A DNA stretch of 64,000 nucleotides from Bigelowiella natans CCMP2755 (taxonomy: Eukaryota; Protista; Cercozoa): the NCBI GenBank assembly GCA_000320545.1, contig ADNK01001131.1, positions 53,961 through 117,960 on the forward strand, in the 5' to 3' direction. Below, one piece after another: positions 28,890-40,068 of the stretch. The notes below the pieces were generated by a model. The model had not been told where the DNA came from. It searched no databases and worked only from the letters and a program-made list of their open reading frames with translations. Position 1 is the first letter of the stretch; each line of letters starts with the position of its first letter. Made by a program: the position numbers and the translations under genes.

Positions 28890-29635
28890 TTTAATATTAT
28901 CATGCTGCTGCTACCATTGCTGCTCCTTTTGCTGGTGCTTTTACCGATGATGATACAGCAGTTCTAAATTGTTGTTCATCTTCTTCTTATGTTCTCATGA
29001 TTATCGATACGTGTGATTCTTCACTTCTATTTGCTGCTGTTTCCTTCTACTCGCAGATATTGCTGCGATTTGCTTTACAAGCTGGGATGGTCAACGTAAT
29101 TGACGTGGATGAACCCTACCTCATGCGAGAATACATGCAGGTGGAAGAAGAAGAAGAAGAAGAAGAATCACCACAACCGCTTGCTAACGTCGTCGTTAAG
29201 CATCATCATATCTCTCATTTATCCTCATACTCTCCCACACACTAATACTTGGTTGCTTTAGTGCTGTTTGCCATCTGAGTGCTTCTTCGTATTACCCCTA
29301 GCCCTTACGTGTGTCTTCTTGTCTTTATCATCACAATAATGTAGGTTTACGATATTGAATTAAGTCCAGATGAGATGTGGTACATCGAGACAATGGGTAA
29401 TAATTGATGATTTTGATGTTGTCTGTGTTTAGTATGAAGCAGTGTTGTAATTGGTTTAGATTTAGTTAAATGAAAATATGGTAGATTACATGACGTTAAT
29501 ATGAGGCAAAATTACAACAAACTAAGTAATTTTGTAAATTTTAGTTATTAACCAAATTCTACCCATTCTGAGATGACGATAGATACCACTTTTGTTATAT
29601 GTGCAGATCGAAGATTTGTGGATATGTACGAATAA
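25182..29635 (+). CDS. Aldo/keto reductase-fold protein with bipartite (signal plus transit-like) presequence; catalytic tetrad apparently lost; many short exons
   Basis: Spliced exons: AVVDAGFRGVVSNNFPK|ENFEEGVGLALEEL..|RRTDYFVQTRFVP|..CPYDSGASLPIQ|IRQSFISSQKKLKVDKLDAFLWE|..KLIGIG..|YQRAEVKP..|RKFCQENGIIFQ|..ILLRFALQAG..|VYDIELSPDEMWYIE. N-terminus LPALFTILAAVALS followed by an S/R-rich segment. Confidence 0.85.
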
Positions 29636-30192
29636 AATCGTATCGAAGTAGTAAAACCATTGTAGCGAGAAGACCCATAGCAGCAATAGTAGTAGAAGCT
29701 TCCGACTTGGTATGACATCAAGAAAAAGAAAGTAGTCGGTCAAACAAGCTATATGTCACCATGACATTATCATCGCAAATAAATATGATTCGGTGAAGTC
29801 ATGATCGATCATGTTGACACGCAGTAGTAGGTGTACTTACTAGACGCACAAACATCGCAAGTTAATAAGTGTGTGTGTGTGTGTTTGTGTGCTTGTGCAG
29901 CAAAAGTCATTATCTCATCGTTGCATGGCACGTACTGCGCGTCCACGTGCAATTTTACAATCATCATGTACTCGACACAAGCATGAGACGATACATCATT
30001 GTTGTTCATTGTTCAAAATCATGCGTCATTTCTTCATACCGCAAATGCCTTCTAAACTAAACTCACAGTCTAGCAGTGTGTTACATACATGCACGCTAGC
30101 TAGCACGCGCGGTGTCAATTGAAGCTTATATGCCGCCACCGCCGTTGGTGACATCTAGACATGTATTTGATTACATGAAACACATCATCGCG

Positions 30193-30408
30193 GAAACCAA
30201 CGTAACAGATTCAACATTAGCGCTGTAGCCGCTGCATTACATAGCTACATGAGAATGACCATTGAACAAATTTAATTTGATTGATTACATCCGTCTTACA
30301 CCTTGCGCCACTGCCACAATGCGAGACGGATGTAATGAAATGTTTAAATTATTTCAATGGTCATCCTAATGTAGCTGTGCAATGCAGCGGCTACAGCGCT
30401 TAAATTGT
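30193..30408. mobile_element. Inverted pair of the dispersed repeat (copies D/E); MITE/foldback-like hairpin
   Basis: agcgctgtagccgctgcatt..atagctacat..gaccattgaa..attacatccgtct (30219-30296), a ~25-nt spacer, then agacggatgtaat..ttcaatggtcat..atgtagct..aatgcagcggctacagcgct (30324-30400). Confidence 0.65.
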
Positions 30409-30854
30409 ACTGCCACAATGCGAATGTGGCTGCCGATGCAGCAGGATGACCGATCACTACATATATACACAGCCAAGCAATGTATGCGAATACAGACACA
30501 GTATTTCTTACTGTTGCGCATTAACATGCTTGCTGCAAATAGCATAGGCATTACAGCATTGCTAAATTGCAATGAAATTGCAACGAGATTTGAGAATGTT
30601 GTGTATGCAATGCGTAATTTCACGTTGTAAAGGAGGCTGCTATGCTAGCCCAAACATACAAAACTTGATGAAACAAATTGCTGCTACCAGATAGAGCATA
30701 CGCATGCGTGATGCCGCTGCATGAACAACAGAGTAGGCGAGTATTTAAGACTAAAGTAAATTTAAAATTGATAAGAATTATTTTCCATCGAGAGGTATGT
30801 GAGTTCCAGAGAGTCTTAAAACCATGCAAAGATACCCAATCCGGCTCATCTATA

Positions 30855-31971
30855 TCAATCTGCTTTTCTTCTTTTGCCTTTCGAAGATTTTCGTCTCCTG
30901 GCTCCTGCACATATTGGATGATGATAAACCTCAAGATTGTCGTGGACATAATATTAGATACAACACATCCTTACCATTTGGCGACGATTTTTGCTCTCTT
31001 TCGAACAATTCAGGCCATATTTTAGGAAGCTCCTTCACGTCCGCTATTGTGTAAGAAATTTGTACTATTAATAAAATGATGATCTTGAAATAACTGAACT
31101 TAGTGTACAACCCAGAATATGGATACATAATCTACCCCCCCTATTATTTAGTCTGGAAGAAAATTTGATCGACAAGTATTTGACGAAGATTGATACTTGA
31201 GGACACGTTCAGTATGTAACCATTAGCAATGGAGATATTACCTATAATATGATCTGCGAAGTCGCTCATGTATTTTAGCGCATCTTTGCCATCACGGCTT
31301 TTGAGACCGATCAGTGCTGTGTTCCATCCTATCTTCTTCGCCGTCTTGATATTTGACCAGCTGTCATCCACAATATAGCACAAGCTAGGGTCTCCATTCT
31401 TTGCGATTTCCATAGCATGCTGATAACACTCAATAGAGTGTTTGGTGTGAAACTTAGCTGCACGGACATCAATGATGGGATTCTCGAAGCATTTCTCCAC
31501 ACCTAAGATGACAACATTTGATAATAAGGAATGCAGTGGTCAGAATCCTGCTGTGATAGTGAATTACAAGAGCTAGCAAACTATATATTATTATTATGAA
31601 TTAATAATTACCAAGATGCTCGATACAGTTAGTGGCATGTTCTTTAATGGATGCAGTAAAAACCCACTTGTCGACCTATGAAGAAGTAGTAGTTGTAGTA
31701 CTATTCAAACGTAGTCCTCATTTCAACTGCTACTGATGTCTGATGCCAAATATGATGCTGCGAGTGCTCTGCGATTTATCTAATCAGTGCTGACCGTGAT
31801 ACGATTGAGCATTTTCTTCAGGTCAGGGTCCTCCTTGATGTATTTCTACATGATGATGATGATGATGGCAAAATGATGGATTTAGGCAGGGGCGAGCAGA
31901 AAAATACGGAAGTGATGAGAGCATGTAGTTATTATGTTACCGAAGAAAAAAAATTATACACGATACACACT

Positions 31972-32014
<43 letters not shown>

Positions 32015-32115
32015 CACCCATACCCCGCCCCCATACATAAAGAGGGAGGGAGGGAGGGAGAGAGAAAGAGAGAGAGAGATCTATATCATCATGACTCTCA
32101 TGCCTGAAAGCGCAC

Positions 32116-32154
<39 letters not shown>

Positions 32155-32870
32155 ACACAATGCAATGCTCAGATGTTGTCTGGAACACTACAGAGCATTT
32201 AAATAGTATTAAATCTAGATATGTATTGGATGCTGATATCTTCCTATTACTTCAATTTTTGGAATCTCATGTACTGTCTTCAAAAAGTCATCCTATGTAA
32301 AAGAAGAAGGGTCAATGCAAGATCTTAGCCGCGATAAAGCAGCAATAACAATGTTAATGACTACCAAATCAAACTTAATCTCCTCTTGTTGTAATCCGCG
32401 CAGACATGTCCCATGTTTCTTATACAACTGGAATTCATGTGGTATATCATCTATGTTTAGGAGTGACGACGACTACTGAAGAATGTGCTAATAGTGGGTG
32501 AGTGGGTCATCGATCGGCTATATGATGCATCATATGTGTAGCTTTATTCACCTCATATGCTTTCCCGGATGGTAGACCCAATTTTTGAGTGACATAATCA
32601 TCAATGTTACGAGTAATAAGCTTGGCAACCTCCCAGTTTTCGTTCCTGTCGTTTGCAGCATTACATTGCATGTGATAAGAATATTTCTCTTCGGAATCTG
32701 CTCGTTTGGCACCTGTACAACGTGTCGTCGCAGTCGATGAAGAGAGTACGTTTCCCTACTCCGTCGCCGCCCACTGGTTTCTTTGGAATATTTGTAGTAA
32801 TCGACATCACAGCAAGGGCGATGAGCATAAATCCGAAAACAAGGGCGAGCAGGAGGTTCAGGTCTATCAT
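30855..32870 (-). CDS. HAD-superfamily pyrimidine 5'-nucleotidase (SDT1/PHM8-like) with N-terminal hydrophobic anchor
   Basis: Motif I LFIDCDDTLY, LYKKHGTCLRGL, KWVFTAS..HA, and motif IV IVDDSWSNIKTAKKIGW..LIG. Last exon GARRRKSSKGKRRKAD*. Confidence 0.85.
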
Positions 32871-33838
32871 TTCTTCTGGGGGGGGATGCAGTTTCCGAAG
32901 ATGCTAACTTATCTCCGTAATAATCGCAATAATCGCAATAATCGTAGGCGATATTCATCGATTTCAAGATCGAATTCATTGTCGCAATATGAAAACCTCT
33001 TCCCGCGCTGGTTGGGTGCTGTCTGTAATTCATCATCATTGTTCATTGTTCATTGTCTGTGCAGAGCGGTCACAGTCATGCCTAGCAATTGATGCCTAGA
33101 TGCAGCTGCGATGCTATGATGCTAGAATGGCCTGCATTTGCAGCACTGGAGCAGATGCGCGCAATGGGAGCCATTGCATGCACTGTGGCCTTTCTAGCTT
33201 TCTGGCTTTGTTGCGATTGTGCATGTGTTGATCCCCGCTGGTTTGCTAGTCAGTCCTCACTGAAGCCAGTTCGAGGCACTGCATTGCATGCATTGCAAGT
33301 GTCTTGCCACAATTTGGAAATGTGGTTTTTCATCATTGTTCTCATTGTTGCATGATGACAGCAGGCTTGTCTAGATGTCACATGGAAGTCTAGAAGTGGC
33401 TAGATCTAGAGATCTGGAGATGGGTGCAACATTTCTAGATGTGTGCATGCAGTGGCGCACAGCCCATGCGTTAGCTAACAAGCTAGCAAGGCTCTAGAGC
33501 TGTGCCGCACTTCTAACAACTTCAGCCTTGACCACCTATTGTGAGTCTCACCAGCTCAGCTAGTCAGGGCATTGCCAAGGCGTGCCATGCCTAGATGCAG
33601 CAGGCACGTTGCGTTGGATCCAGATGCTTGCCGGCCACTCTAGAATGGCAGCTGCTGCAACATGGCAAGTACGCATATGGACTGTCGCAAAGGAACCTGT
33701 TTCACGCACACGTGCGCATGCAAGTGGTTTCTTCTTGCGTCACATAGCGAATGCAGCACAGCAAAATTTCATGCAACATTGACAAATTTTGGGACCAGTG
33801 CGAAATTGGCCATTGCATCTTTAAAAATATGAATCATA

Positions 33839-34321
33839 TTACTGCTTGAATTCCTTCTTTGCAGCTATACTAGCGGGCCGTGGATACGCTTCCTTTGAGG
33901 AAGAATCAAAGTTATTTTTCTCATCAATCACCTAAGACAGAAGAATATAGAATATGGAAAAAAACCACTTATTTTCAACAATGCTATGAACGTATTTTGT
34001 CGTAAGTCCCCGGAATCTCTTAAATGTACTAGTAGCGGATTAAATTCCTCTATTTTTTATTAAACACAGATGTGCACGCAACACGTTGCATGCAGGGAAG
34101 AAAGGATGAACACTACCCAAGTTTCTCTCGTCTCCCATCCTATCGCAGCTTCCCCCAGAGGATACTAATACTAACACTAACACTAATACTAATACTAGCA
34201 GATTCCTCTTATTCCCGTTTGTTTTGCAAGTTGTGTTACCTGACGGACGTTCATGTTGATCCTACTTCGTGTAAGGTACTTTCTGTGAACAAAGAATAAG
34301 AAGTTAATGCACTTATCAATG

Positions 34322-34359
<38 letters not shown>

Positions 34360-35068
34360 GATAGCATAAGGCAGGGTAGTGGTGGTACTTCAAGTAATGT
34401 TAATCCCGAAAATTCGTTTGGTAGTAGTATATCTTAGGTATAGTACACATATTATTACCCAATCAACTTCTCCTCTTTACTAGGAGAATCATGTAGAAAT
34501 CTTGCAAGCTCTTCGCATGAACCCTGGTAGCAATGATGATGATAATGATAACTAATCTCGTATGAATAAATAAATAAATAGCTCTCCTCCTCCTCCTACT
34601 ACTAAGTAAGTAACCAACCTCTAGAATCCTTGGTACTCCGTGAAAACACAATCTACTATGTCCCTGTAGCAGCAGCAGCAACAACAACAGCAGGTATAGG
34701 TAAAAGAAAGAAGAGGAAGAAGAAGACATAGGTGGAGGAGAAAGATCAAATTATCGAGAATCATATAGTGTACTCCGTAGAAGTAGATTTCCACCACTAC
34801 CATCATCATCATTATCATCATCAACATCATCATCGTCGTCGTCGTTATTAGCATTGTGAGCCCCACTCACTCACTCACTCACTCACTCAATCACTCAATC
34901 ACTGACCCACCCCCATGATCACAGCGTCGCCTGAATTGACGAATATGGCTGTTGGTTCTACATCCTTGCTTTTCCCGCCTAAACATCATTTATTCAAATT
35001 AATCATTTCATGACGATACAAATTAGAAATATTATACACACACACACACACACACACGCACACACATA

Positions 35069-35105
<37 letters not shown>

Positions 35106-35459
35106 TATATACATATATGCGTCAATTTATTTCCCATACTAAAAGAAGAGGGAACACAGCAGACAAACCCATAGATGATCAGATTCTTTTGTTTAGTACA
35201 ATTTGTTCAGGAGGAGTGGTAAAAGTAGTAAGACCCAATTAATAATAATCTGCTGGGCCTCTCTCTCTCTCTCTCTCTCCCTCCCTCCCTCTTTCATAGT
35301 AAAAGACCACTGGCGTCTCCAATCTGAAAAAAAGACTCCAGCAGCCAAAGGAATAAATTGTCCGAAATACGGCAGCACAACCGAGAGATACAGACACCTT
35401 TTTTTAACACATTAGTAGTAGTAGTAGTGGCACCAGCAGTATACCAGTAGCATCATGAG

Positions 35460-35498
<39 letters not shown>

Positions 35499-36386
35499 GA
35501 GGAAGAGGAGAAGGAGAATCAAGAAGAATAACCATGAGGTCGCATCAGGAAACAGGGACATTATGTGAATTACGTACTACGCATGTATGATATAGTATGA
35601 GATATATTACTATTGGGTAATCGAGAGTCATCTCGGCGTCGTCAACATGATGAAATATATTACTATTGGGTAATCGAGAGTCATCTCGGCGTCGTCAACA
35701 TGATGAAATATATTACTATTGGGTAATCGAGAGTCATCTCGGCGTCGTCAACATGACCTCCCATAGAACCGTCATAAGGGTAGAAATTTACGATTGCTGC
35801 CTCACTCTAACGTTAATATCAAGACAGAAGAAGGAGGAGAAGAAAACCAAAACATAACTCTATTTATTTCCTTCTACTTGTTCTCCTCCTGAAAATGGAT
35901 CGAAGAAGAAGCAGCCTCCTCATGGCCACTACCATAATTCAATCTACCCGTACTATCAGTACTACTACTGCTGCTGCTGCTACTACTACTACTACCTTCA
36001 CTTTCAAGCCCACGCGTCTAGCAAGAGCATCTGCCATCGAAGCCTGAAGAAGAAGGAAGAGAAGGAGGAGAAGGAGGAGGAGGGGGGGGCACACATACAT
36101 CGGTAAAGGAGGAGAGAAACAAAGGGAATAATATGCACCCCTTCAACAACGACATGAAGAATCGACGATAATAATGTCTTCTTCGCAAAAAGGAAGAGGA
36201 AGTGGAAGAAGGATTAGGAGGTTTTCATAATTACCAGATTTTCTGGAAAATCACTTTTCTCATTCCTAATTGATGTGATCACTGAATATACATGCTGCTT
36301 CGAGGAGGAGGGTGGTGTACAAAATGACTTTTAGTATACATGATGGCGGAATGATATGGGATTTCTTGTTCTTGTTCTTGTTCTTG

Positions 36387-36417
<31 letters not shown>

Positions 36418-36479
36418 GGTGCTGGTACTTGTGGTAAAGACGTTGAGTCCAGTCATAATGATAGCCAAGAGAGGCCCTA

Positions 36480-36520
<41 letters not shown>

Positions 36521-37413
36521 CACCGCAGCAGCAGCAGCAGCAGCAGCAGCAGCACAATGTGTGTTTGCCATCGTTTCTGAATCTGAATGAACATAGACGA
36601 CAATAAAGAACTCACCATCTCAACTTATAGAATTCTGAGTCTTTGCCTACATCATTACACTCCACCTGAGAGGATCGAAAGAAGACAAAAGAGGAATAAG
36701 TAAGTTCTGATTAATAACAATGCAAACAATGCTGCTGCTGCTACTACTACTACTACTATTACCACTACCCACCACCACCACCTTGAATAAAAGTAGGGTG
36801 ATTGCGAAGAAAACTTGAAGGGCAGACAACTCAATGACTGACTGACTCACTCACTAACCGCATTTGCCCAGTGATCGGGCTGTGTGCCGTGCAAGTTGCT
36901 TAGATTCGTGTGTGCACAGTTTGAAAACTGGGGGAGGGAGGGAGGGAGCGAGGGAGGGAGGGAGAGAAGATAATGAAAATGCAGAGGATAAAAAACAACA
37001 TGAAATTGGCGGGGAGAATCTGTGGATGAACATGGTGTTTTAGCATGGATATAATGATAAAAATAGTTATTATGATTATAGTAATAATAATCTACAAATG
37101 TAGCAGGTGGCCACGGCAATGTGTGCATTGACTCTGTTGGATGCGAAATTTTCCATGTCATTGTGACCGACCTCCTTAATGGCCCTTTTTGCCCAAAACA
37201 GCTGTTCCTGCAGGCTAAGGGCATTCTTAATAATGTATAATCCCTGAGAAGATATAAAAAGAAGAAGCACGTTATTCTCTCAGTGGTGTGCAGCGAGTGT
37301 TGTACGAGTGTTGCATGATGTTGGGTTGTAGAAATATGGACCACCTCCACTTCTGGAATCCTCCATACTTGTTGGGCATCATCCTTCTTCCGAGGAGCAG
37401 AAGAAGGCGGCGC

Positions 37414-37450
<37 letters not shown>

Positions 37451-38166
37451 AAAGCCTTGGAGGACAGAGTCTCAGATTGCACCACATTTTCAAGACGCAC
37501 GGCCCTAGATCCTTCGTACACTCTGATGATGCATGACATGGCATGGTATGGCACGTGAACGACGATGTTAAACACTTCATTAAAAGGTAGTACTACAACC
37601 AACCACCGTGAACAACCGACGACAAACAATTAGCAGCATGCGCAATGAAGAACAAATATATTGGTAGGTAGGAGGACTGCAGCTTAAATAATACTACATG
37701 TATGGACAACCGAGAGAGATCTATAACGTTGGAGAAATCCGTTTTCCTTCGCTTTTTATCCTTCCCCTTGAAAAGTATGTTTTGACAACTTAGCTATTTT
37801 TGTAGCATCGCAAGGGATATCAATCATCATTTGAGTGCTGCTATTCAGGCAAATCCTCTATAATAACACACACACGCCGTATCATTAACCTTATATAGCC
37901 TGTATCGTTTTTCAGCAATACGAAATAAATTCGTCGCCGCCGCCTAGGAAAAATAAATGTAGTATCAGAGATTTTCCTCAGCCTGCCTTCATCTATTTTC
38001 CTCATGTCCATGCATGTGTTGTGGCCTTCTTCGAAATTCGAATATCAAGCATATGTATAGGCTATGATTGTACCCCTCCTGCTTTATTTTCGGGTTTTCC
38101 CTTATCGGAAGAAGCATCATCTCGACTTGCTTTGTCCCTCCTCCTGAAGCTGCTGCCAAGCTCCAT
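33839..38166 (-). CDS. ALKBH1: Fe(II)/2-oxoglutarate dioxygenase AlkB homolog 1 (many short exons)
   Basis: Exons read FRIAEKRYRLYK..FSNVIDLS, GLYIIKNALSLQEQLFW, HTNL, LRW|ASLGYHYDWTQR, EAAIVNFY..SMGGHVDDAE, VSVSLG, GGKSKD..SGDAVIMG, RLCFHGVPRI, SRINMNVRQV. The HxD...H and R..R motifs are complete. One small internal exon was not resolved. Confidence 0.92.
35597..35755 (-). repeat. Tandem triplication of a 53-bp unit covering the ALKBH1 exon end (HVDDAEMTLDYPI) plus its GT donor
   Basis: Copies start at 35597, 35650 and 35703 (period 53) and are identical except for one base in the outermost copy. Confidence 0.95.
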
Positions 38167-38242
38167 TGAGCTTTGAGGGCAGCTACTAAAACGCAGTTGG
38201 TTTTTGTGTTGCGACATGGAAATTCATGCAAATTTTTTATTC

Positions 38243-38306
38243 TTGTCGCAATGATGTGTCAATCATCCGTCGTTCCCGGAAGAACGCGAACGAATGCCGA
38301 CGGCAA
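38243..38306 (+). ncRNA. Possible second, degenerate box C/D snoRNA immediately upstream of the main one
   Basis: TTGTCG..ATGATGT (C-like) ... CCGA (D-like) CGGCAA gives a terminal stem with one G-U pair. TGTCAATC partially complements SSU rRNA GAUUGACA. It is short and both boxes are imperfect. Confidence 0.3.
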
Positions 38307-38312
38307 CCAACC

Positions 38313-38419
38313 ACTCGCAATGATGATCTCGTTCACGTTGATGAAGCTCTAGCAATTTGCTGTCATCAGCGAAGGACAAAATTGCAGACAGGGCAACAGA
38401 TTCCCCTTTCTGAGCGAGT
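38313..38419 (+). ncRNA. Box C/D snoRNA, predicted guide for 2'-O-methylation of LSU rRNA (AAGGGGAAUC region)
   Basis: Perfect terminal stem ACTCGC/GCGAGT, box C ATGATGA at 38320-38326 and box D CTGA at 38410-38413. CAGATTCCCCTT just 5' of box D is complementary to the conserved LSU rRNA sequence AAGGGGAAUC(U/C)G. Confidence 0.75.
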
Positions 38420-39224
38420 CTGATTGGCCAGTCTGGTCAGTCTTTTAGCTCTTCGGCGATGCGGTGTTCTTTGATTGAATTGCGATCATCCGCCTCGGCG
38501 CCGGCGCTTGGGGCGTGAATTCCAGTCCCGCACCAAATCCGCACCAGAGCTGTGCACGAATGAAAAGGACAATGAAACAAAATTTAGAACATTCACACGG
38601 AGACTTCATGCAACTCTGCTCTGCACTGCTAGACTGAATGCCAAAAAAAACGATGTTTGTTGTTGTGGATCGAAAAAGTGATGCGGATTGCTCTGTGCTC
38701 TGTGAAGTGCCGTGGCAATGCCATCACGCACAATCCCACATCGCTTGGTCGATGACAGGCACCTTGAAGGCACATTTTCCTGAAACGCGAACAAACAAAT
38801 TGCAATGGAGCTTCAGAGCTAGAGAGTGATGCAGTGCAACGTGCACTGCTAGACTGGTGCGGAGCAGGCAGTCGATCCACCGGTCCAGACAGTCCAGCAG
38901 TGCCGCCGGCCAAACATCCCGCCAAAGCTCGTGCGTGTGCAAGGGTGACGATTTCCATCTGTGTCAGCTAGTCAGGCTTGCAGGCTGCACATTGCATTGC
39001 ATTGAACACTCATCCCACGATTTGAGATGATGCGTCACGGGTGCCGTGCACATCTTCTGTTTTGCTCATTCACGAACTTCTCCAGTTCCCTAGTTCTTGC
39101 TAGCTTGCATGTGCACATTCTTGTCAGCGGTCTGGCCGCGCCACCCACGATCAAGGAGCTGTCGCAGCATGCGCACGTCCACTCGTGCTGCACGCTAGCA
39201 CGCTGCGCTGCGCACATGCGCATG

Positions 39225-39409
39225 GAAGTTCTCAGAACTTCGGGAATCTTCGAGAAGCTTCGAGAATCTTCCAGAAGCTTCGAGAACATTCCGGAAGATT
39301 CGAGAATCTTCCAGAATCTTCGAGAGCGTTCCGGAAACTTCGGGAATCTTCCAGAACACTCGAGAGAATTTTTCGAGAGAATTCTGGAAGATTCTCGAAT
39401 CTTCGCGAA
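39225..39409. promoter_or_regulatory. Very long heat-shock-element-like array (alternating nGAAn/nTTCn, 10-bp period)
   Basis: 39239-39356 reads TTCggGAAtcTTCgaGAAgcTTCgaGAAtcTTCcaGAAgcTTCgaGAAcaTTCcgGAAgaTTC... with ~24 in-register units and a single GAG variant. A second register at 39382-39409 has 6 units. Confidence 0.7.
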
Positions 39410-40068
39410 TGCGCCGCGAATGCGCCGGAACCCAACATGCACATGCATGCAGCGCAAGTTCTCAGGTCATCAGAATTCAAACGCACACGAGACCGCGTGT
39501 TGACACTTGGTGACATCAACAGCACAGTCCCGCGCACAAAAGCTAAGCAGCTACCGCAAGCCCGCTAAAAGGTTATGAGGAAAAATTCTGGCATGTCGCG
39601 CGTTGGCATTGTGACTCATTCCAATGATTCGTCAACTCTCTAGCTCTAGCTCTGCATGTTCATTCACGTTTGGAATGCTAAAATGGTGTGCTAGCGCGCG
39701 TGATCTAGCTAGCTAATGATCCTAGGACAGACGACGATTGTGCGATCTCTCAGTCATCATTCTAGTCATTGACGTCACAATGCTAGAATGCAGTCTAGCA
39801 GTGTCTAAAGTCAAGTGCGCACAATGGCGTGCATGCGTTCAGCTAGCCACAGTAGCAGCAGCTATGTGACACATTGCATGTCTATCATAGCTTGCACAAG
39901 CACATGTACGTGAGCACACCACGCGGTCGAGATATGCATGGCATGTCAATGTCTAGATGTAGTGAATCGAAGGCTGAAATGGGACACACTACTACTGTGG
40001 CACAGCAGGATCATCGGTTGGTCGACACTAAGCTACTCCAATGAAAAAAAGATGGTATTCGAGTCATG

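Larger units (their letters stand above)
13540..29200. repeat. Dense microsatellites ((AT)n, (CT)n, (CA)n, (TAG)n, (GAT)n, (GAG)n, (CTT)n) filling introns of VPS34 and AKR; similar tracts occur in COG5, PPR, ALKBH1, SAC3 and EPSPS introns
   Basis: Directly visible perfect tracts, e.g. 16572-16611 (AT)n, 17434-17469 (CA)n, 18541-18590 (CTT)n and 28860-28889 (GAT)n. Confidence 0.95.

Noticed and set aside
30288-30335. Tiny Stowaway-like MITE TA-CATCCGTCT..AGACGGATG-TA
   Set aside because: The inverted homology extends ~70 bp beyond the TA on both sides, so TA is internal to the repeat and not a target-site duplication.
35597-35755. CRISPR-like array
   Set aside because: The units are contiguous identical 53-mers with no unique spacers, they derive from the ALKBH1 exon, and there are no cas genes in this eukaryotic context.
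39027-39568. Four overlapping 100-158-aa ORFs across the GAA/TTC array
   Set aside because: Open frames on both strands are a by-product of a stop-poor palindromic repeat, and the translations show no recognisable domain.
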